A stretch of DNA of 64,000 nt from an uncultured Collinsella sp. (lineage in GTDB: Bacteria; Actinomycetota; Coriobacteriia; Coriobacteriales; Coriobacteriaceae). Below, piece after piece: positions 59,610-64,000 of this stretch (position 1 is the stretch's first letter; each line of letters begins with the position of its first letter). The stretch is taken from the NCBI GenBank assembly GCA_902496275.1, contig CABVAC010000006.1, positions 19,891 through 83,890 of the forward strand. Direction: 5' to 3'. Position numbers and translations under genes: made by a program. Below the pieces are notes generated by a model. The model did not search any database, was not told the DNA's origin, and worked only from the letters and a program-made list of their open reading frames with translations.

Positions 59610-60141
59610 TGCTCGATCGCCCTTGTGGCGTTAGGGCGGAAAGGATGGGGCGCGAGGGGCGCTTTGTTGATGAGGGGTTAGTATGCCCGGGCTTGGTTGG
59701 GGAAGGTTTTGTCTAGAGATGCTTGGAGCTTTTCGAACGATGCTCATAAGTTGTGGCTCTGGTCGGTTGAGCGTTTGGCTTTTGTGGTTGGGGAGTCGAG
59801 GAGGCCGTTTCTCTGTGTCGGGGGGAAGGAGAAAAGGTCTGCATGTGTTGGGGATGGCTGCTGTGCTGCGTCATTGGAAGAATGCATGCTTATGCGGCCT
59901 CCTCGATGTCCACCAAAAGGTTGCGCACGGGGTGTGCTGCTAGGTCCCGTGCGTTGGCAGTATTATGCCGCGGCTGCTGCAAAGAAGTGCTAAAGAAAGG
60001 CTTAATGAGGTTTGACGTTGCGATGAAACCGCAGGTAAAAGCTATCGAGTAACACTCTTGAAAGGTTTTGGGCTTAAGGGCTTTCTAAGGTTTGTGGCAC
60101 GGATGTGGCTTGCTTGTGTGGGGCGTGTGGATGGCTCGTTC

Positions 60142-61128
60142 CTAGCGCTGCGGTGCGGCGGCGCGTACTTGTTCGATGACCTTTTCCATCGTGGCGTCGA
60201 TGTGGTCTTTTTTGAGCTCGCATTCCCAGATGGTTATGGGCGTCCAGCCCATTTGAGTGAGTGCTGCCACGGCAGCGTGGTCGCGCTCGACGTTGCGACG
60301 GAACTTTGCCTCCCAAAACTCAACGTTGCGCTTGGGCTGGCTAAGGTTGCACTTGGGGCAGCGGTGCCAAAAGCAGCCGTTGACGAAGATGGCGATCTTG
60401 CGCCCGGGGAAGGCGATGTCGGGTTTTCCGGGCACCTTCCATTCCAGACGGTATCCCGTAAGGCCTGCGGCGCGCAGGCGCTGGCGAACGAGCAGCTCGG
60501 GCTTGGTGTTCGCACGCTTGTTGCCCTTCATGGACTTTTTGATGGCGGCGCGACGGCGCACGAGCTCACGCTCGTCAGCGGAAAGGTCCGAGGTGTCGAT
60601 GCCGTCCAGCAGGCCGGGCTTGGGGCGCTTTTTGCTGCGGCGCCTGGCTTTGCGCTTGGGCTTGGTAACGGGCTCGTCGGCTGTGGTGGACTCGGTGTCG
60701 TTGGCGCCGTTAGCCTCAAGCCGATCTTCCTTCAACTCAATCAGGGCATCAATGAGCCCTTTGTCGGCGGGCATCCACTCAACGGTGGCAAGCGAGGTGC
60801 GCGGAATCCAGCGGATATCGAGCTGGCGGTCATGCTTCTGGGGTTCATCGGATTCATCGGCGAGCGAGCAGTAGTAGCACTCCATGGAGAGATGAAAATC
60901 GGGGTAGTCGTACTCAACGGTGTAGAAATCGCGCAGGTTGGTGACTTTTACCTGCAGCTCTTCCATGAGCTCGCGGCGCACGGCGTCTTCGGGCGTCTCG
61001 CCGCGCATGAGCTTGCCGCCGGGGAACTCCCAAAGTCCCTGCATGTCGCCGTAGCCGCGCTGCACGGCAAGCAGCTCGTCAGATCCATCCTTGCGAATGA
61101 TCCCAGCGGCAACATGAACAGTCTTCAA
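60142..61128 (-). CDS. MutT/NUDIX hydrolase fused to a very-short-patch-repair (Vsr) endonuclease
   Basis: WEFPGGK...GET.EDA..RE..EE Nudix box; NTKPE, PGKPD, FVNGCFWH, FW..K..RN.ERD, WECE Vsr motifs; TTG start after AGAGGA. Confidence 0.88.
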   Translation of the reverse strand: MKTVHVAAGIIRKDGSDELLAVQRGYGDMQGLWEFPGGKLMRGETPEDAVRRELMEELQVKVTNLRDFYTVEYDYPDFHLSMECYYCSLADESDEPQKHDRQLDIRWIPRTSLATVEWMPADKGLIDALIELKEDRLEANGANDTESTTADEPVTKPKRKARRRSKKRPKPGLLDGIDTSDLSADERELVRRRAAIKKSMKGNKRANTKPELLVRQRLRAAGLTGYRLEWKVPGKPDIAFPGRKIAIFVNGCFWHRCPKCNLSQPKRNVEFWEAKFRRNVERDHAAVAALTQMGWTPITIWECELKKDHIDATMEKVIEQVRAAAPQR

Positions 61129-61175
61129 CAGGAGTCCTCTCTCAACATCAACACGTGACAGGGTAGCTACCCGTA

Positions 61176-61193
61176 CCTTACACAACGGTAAGG
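61176..61193. promoter_or_regulatory. Candidate BceR/GraR-type response-regulator box
   Basis: CCTTACA-CAAC-GGTAAGG upstream of a BceAB-like operon. Confidence 0.5.
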
Positions 61194-61276
61194 CAAGCGT
61201 AAGCCATATCGATGGTAGCCGACTCGTCTTCTTGCGACTATAGATGCCGTAGACTAATCGCAAGAAAGGACTCGGT

Positions 61277-62062
61277 ATGCAAACCACGCACATGGCGACC
61301 CCGGTACTGGAGGTCGCGCATCTCGAAAAAGTATATGGAGCGCTGGGCAACGTGACCCGCGCGCTTAACGACGTCAGCTTTACCGTCAACCGCGGCGAAT
61401 TTGTTGGCATCATGGGCGCTTCGGGCTCGGGCAAGTCGACGTTGCTTAACTGCGTGTCGACCATTGATAGCGCCACGAGCGGCACGATCCGCATCAACGG
61501 GCAGGACGTGACGCGCATGAAGCAGGCCAAGCTCTCGCAGTTTCGCCGCGAGGAGCTCGGCTTTATCTTCCAGGACTCCAACCTGCTCGATACGCTCACG
61601 GCACGCGAGAACATCGCCCTGCCGCTCACCATTGCCCGCACAAACTCGGCAGAGATCTCGACCCGCGTGCAGGATGTGGCAGCGCGCCTGTCCATCAGTC
61701 AGGTGCTCGACAAGTATCCCTACCAGATGTCCGGCGGCCAGCAGCAGCGCGTTGCCGCGGCTCGCGCGCTCGTCACCGACCCCACCATGATCATGGCCGA
61801 CGAGCCTACCGGCGCCCTCGACTCCAAAAGCGCCCGCCTGTTGCTCGAGAGCCTAGAGGCCCTCAACCGCCGCCTGCGCGCCACCGTGCTCATGGTCACG
61901 CACGACAGCTTTGCCGCCAGCTACACGAGCCGTGTGCTGTTTATCCGCGACGGCAAGATCTTCACCGAGCTGCGCCGCGGCGACACCGACCGCCGAGAGT
62001 TCTTCGACCGCATTATGGAGGTCGTTGCCATGATGGGCGGTGAGGGCTCCGATGCTCTGTAA
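61277..62062 (+). CDS. ABC transporter ATP-binding protein (BceA/LolD-like)
   Basis: [31 protein letters not shown]. Confidence 0.93.
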   Translation: MQTTHMATPVLEVAHLEKVYGALGNVTRALNDVSFTVNRGEFVGIMGASGSGKSTLLNCVSTIDSATSGTIRINGQDVTRMKQAKLSQFRREELGFIFQDSNLLDTLTARENIALPLTIARTNSAEISTRVQDVAARLSISQVLDKYPYQMSGGQQQRVAAARALVTDPTMIMADEPTGALDSKSARLLLESLEALNRRLRATVLMVTHDSFAASYTSRVLFIRDGKIFTELRRGDTDRREFFDRIMEVVAMMGGEGSDAL

Positions 62063-64000
62063 ACTCGCTTGGGGCAACGTCCGCCGCGCCGGCCGCGACT
62101 ACCTCGTCTACCTTTTGACGCTCACCCTGGGCGTCACGGTCTTCTATGCCTTTAACACCATCTCGATGCAGGTCGACATCGCCGGAATCGATGAAGAGGG
62201 CTTGGCGCAGGTTATGGGCAGCATGCTCGGCGACCTGACGTACTTTTTGGCCGGTGTCATGGCCTTTTTGATGGTGTATGCCAATAACTTCATCATGAAA
62301 CGCCGCAAGAAGGAGTTTGGCCTGTACCAGGTGCTCGGTATGGGGCGCGGGCGCGTCGCCACGATCATGGCGCTCGAGACCGTGATAGTATCGGTCGTGG
62401 CCTTTGTCGCCGGCATTGTGCTGGGTGTGGGACTCTCCCAGCTCATGACGTTCTTTACGGCCTCGCTCTTTAAGACACAGATCGCCAATTTCCACTTCTT
62501 TTTCTCGGTGCATGCGTTCAACCTGACCCTTGCTTGCATGCTCGTAATGTTTGTGTTCACGCTACTGCTGAACCTTCGCGCCGTGCGTCGTACCAAACTC
62601 ATCGAGCTTATGGGTGCCGAGCGTCGCAACGAGAGCATCAAGACACGCAACCCCTGGATCGCGATTGCCATTTTTGCCGTGGGCGTGGTGCTTGTGGGCG
62701 TGGCCTATTACCGTCTGCTACGTGATGGGTTCCCGCTAACCGCGACGGACAGCAAGCTGCAAGAGGCCATGAACCAGTTTGGCATTACGACCGCTATGGT
62801 TACAGTTGGCACCTTTGCCCTGTTCTGGGGACTCTCGGGCATGCTCATCAAGCTGCTGCAGAGCCTGCGCGGCGTGTATTGGCGCGGCCTCAACATGTTT
62901 ACCGTGCGCCAGCTTGCGGCCAAGGTCAACACGGTGTGCTTTTCGATGGGCGTCATCGCGATGCTCCTGTTTTTGGCCATCACCTCGGTGACGTGCGGTA
63001 TGTCGATTGCCAACGTGATGAACGAAAACCTGGAGCGCTATAACCCTGTTGACGTGTCACAGACGTATGTCTATTACACGCCCGATACGCTCGACTACTA
63101 CAAAGAGTACATCAATCCGTGTGAAGCCGATCGCATGGTGCTGGCCGATAGTACGGTCGATTTGTACTCCGCATGGCACGGCGATCCATGGCACGGCGAT
63201 CGTAAGGGCAAGTCGGCGGACAACAACGACGAGACCGGCAAGAAGGTCAATATTGCCGATGTTGCCGGTGAGCATGTGCAGATCGATTCGTATCTGAGTT
63301 ACCCGCTTGGCGGTTCGGATCCTTCGGTGACTCCAAGTGAAATGTGCAAGGCCATGGGCGAAAAGCTTCCCAAGGCGTTCGGGGGTAGCAATGCCGATAC
63401 GATGGGTCTGTTTGTGACGCCGGCGAGCCAGTACAACAAACTGCGTCAGATGATGGGCGAGGAGCCGGTGCACATCGGTCACGACCAGTATCTGCTCACG
63501 TGTGATATGGGCGGCGAGCTGGTCGACCTGTACACCAAGTATATGGCTGGCGGCCATGCCCTTACCTTGGGCGGGCATACGCTCAAGCCCGCAACCGATA
63601 AGTCGGACGAAGATGCGGCGGCCATCGCCAACTCGGCGATGGGCAGTAATCCGGGTACCGTCGTCGTTGCCGACGAGCTGTTGTCCCAACTTAATCTGCA
63701 GCCGTATTCCAGTAGCCTGCTCGTTAACTACAAACAGGGGATGGATACGACCGAGGCAGACGAGAGTATTAAATACACTGTGCTCGACAATCTGCTCGTT
63801 GACGGCAAGGAGCCGGGGTCGTGGGGAACCTTCATCACACGCTCCGAGATGTACACGCAGGCAGCACAAATGAACGGTCTTATTAGCTACCTAGCCATCT
63901 ACATCGGCTTTGTATTGGTTGTTGCATGCGCGGCGATTCTGTCGATCCAGCAACTCTCCAACGTGGCCGACGGCAGCCGCAGCTATCGTGTGCTGGCACA
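62052..64000 (+). CDS. ABC transporter permease (BceB/FtsX-like), 3' end outside window
   Basis: ATG at 62052: [36 protein letters not shown]; frame open to the window end. Confidence 0.9.
   Translation, partial: MLCKLAWGNVRRAGRDYLVYLLTLTLGVTVFYAFNTISMQVDIAGIDEEGLAQVMGSMLGDLTYFLAGVMAFLMVYANNFIMKRRKKEFGLYQVLGMGRGRVATIMALETVIVSVVAFVAGIVLGVGLSQLMTFFTASLFKTQIANFHFFFSVHAFNLTLACMLVMFVFTLLLNLRAVRRTKLIELMGAERRNESIKTRNPWIAIAIFAVGVVLVGVAYYRLLRDGFPLTATDSKLQEAMNQFGITTAMVTVGTFALFWGLSGMLIKLLQSLRGVYWRGLNMFTVRQLAAKVNTVCFSMGVIAMLLFLAITSVTCGMSIANVMNENLERYNPVDVSQTYVYYTPDTLDYYKEYINPCEADRMVLADSTVDLYSAWHGDPWHGDRKGKSADNNDETGKKVNIADVAGEHVQIDSYLSYPLGGSDPSVTPSEMCKAMGEKLPKAFGGSNADTMGLFVTPASQYNKLRQMMGEEPVHIGHDQYLLTCDMGGELVDLYTKYMAGGHALTLGGHTLKPATDKSDEDAAAIANSAMGSNPGTVVVADELLSQLNLQPYSSSLLVNYKQGMDTTEADESIKYTVLDNLLVDGKEPGSWGTFITRSEMYTQAAQMNGLISYLAIYIGFVLVVACAAILSIQQLSNVADGSRSYRVLA

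Noticed and set aside
59610..60140. G/T-skewed ~500-bp intergenic stretch as a small gene or ncRNA
   Set aside because: Short ORFs lack RBS or motifs, and I could not find a convincing conserved structure
61129..61695. Upstream extension of the MutT-Vsr ORF
   Set aside because: Antisense to the ABC ATPase; the Nudix domain starts at about 61128 after an RBS

Overview
GC-rich actinobacterial chromosome segment; gene content and codon style suggest a Collinsella/Coriobacteriia gut bacterium (inference). 1-10 kb is a housekeeping block: the 3' end of comF, an AbiEi/endonuclease-like hypothetical gene followed by a 52-bp inverted repeat, a ~265-nt raiA-motif structured ncRNA with its own -10 box, a lipoprotein solute-binding protein, hpf/raiA, DegV, a dehydrogenase with a His/Cys tail, and an isocitrate/isopropylmalate dehydrogenase. 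11-22 kb is an N-acetylgalactosamine-type mannose-family PTS locus with GntR, agaS, nagA, a lacX-like gene, a lacC-like gene and tRNA-Thr(CGT). 22-59 kb is an expanded lactose/galactose region: galM, lacR, four lactose-family EIICB genes, three 6-phospho-beta-galactosidases, four LacI regulators, a single lacF, lacAB-lacX-lacC, galK/galT, a flavodiiron protein, DeoR and a class II aldolase. The window ends with a MutT-Vsr fusion and a BceAB-like ABC transporter. The most striking non-coding structure is: (i) the raiA RNA; (ii) ten 55-bp palindromic units at ~80-bp period in four clusters at the junctions of the sugar modules; (iii) two diverged ~150-nt elements with compensatory base changes; (iv) an 11-bp motif repeated at exactly 21-bp spacing in seven sugar-locus promoter regions; (v) a 154-bp MITE-like pair. 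No integrase, transposase or CRISPR-cas gene was recognised.
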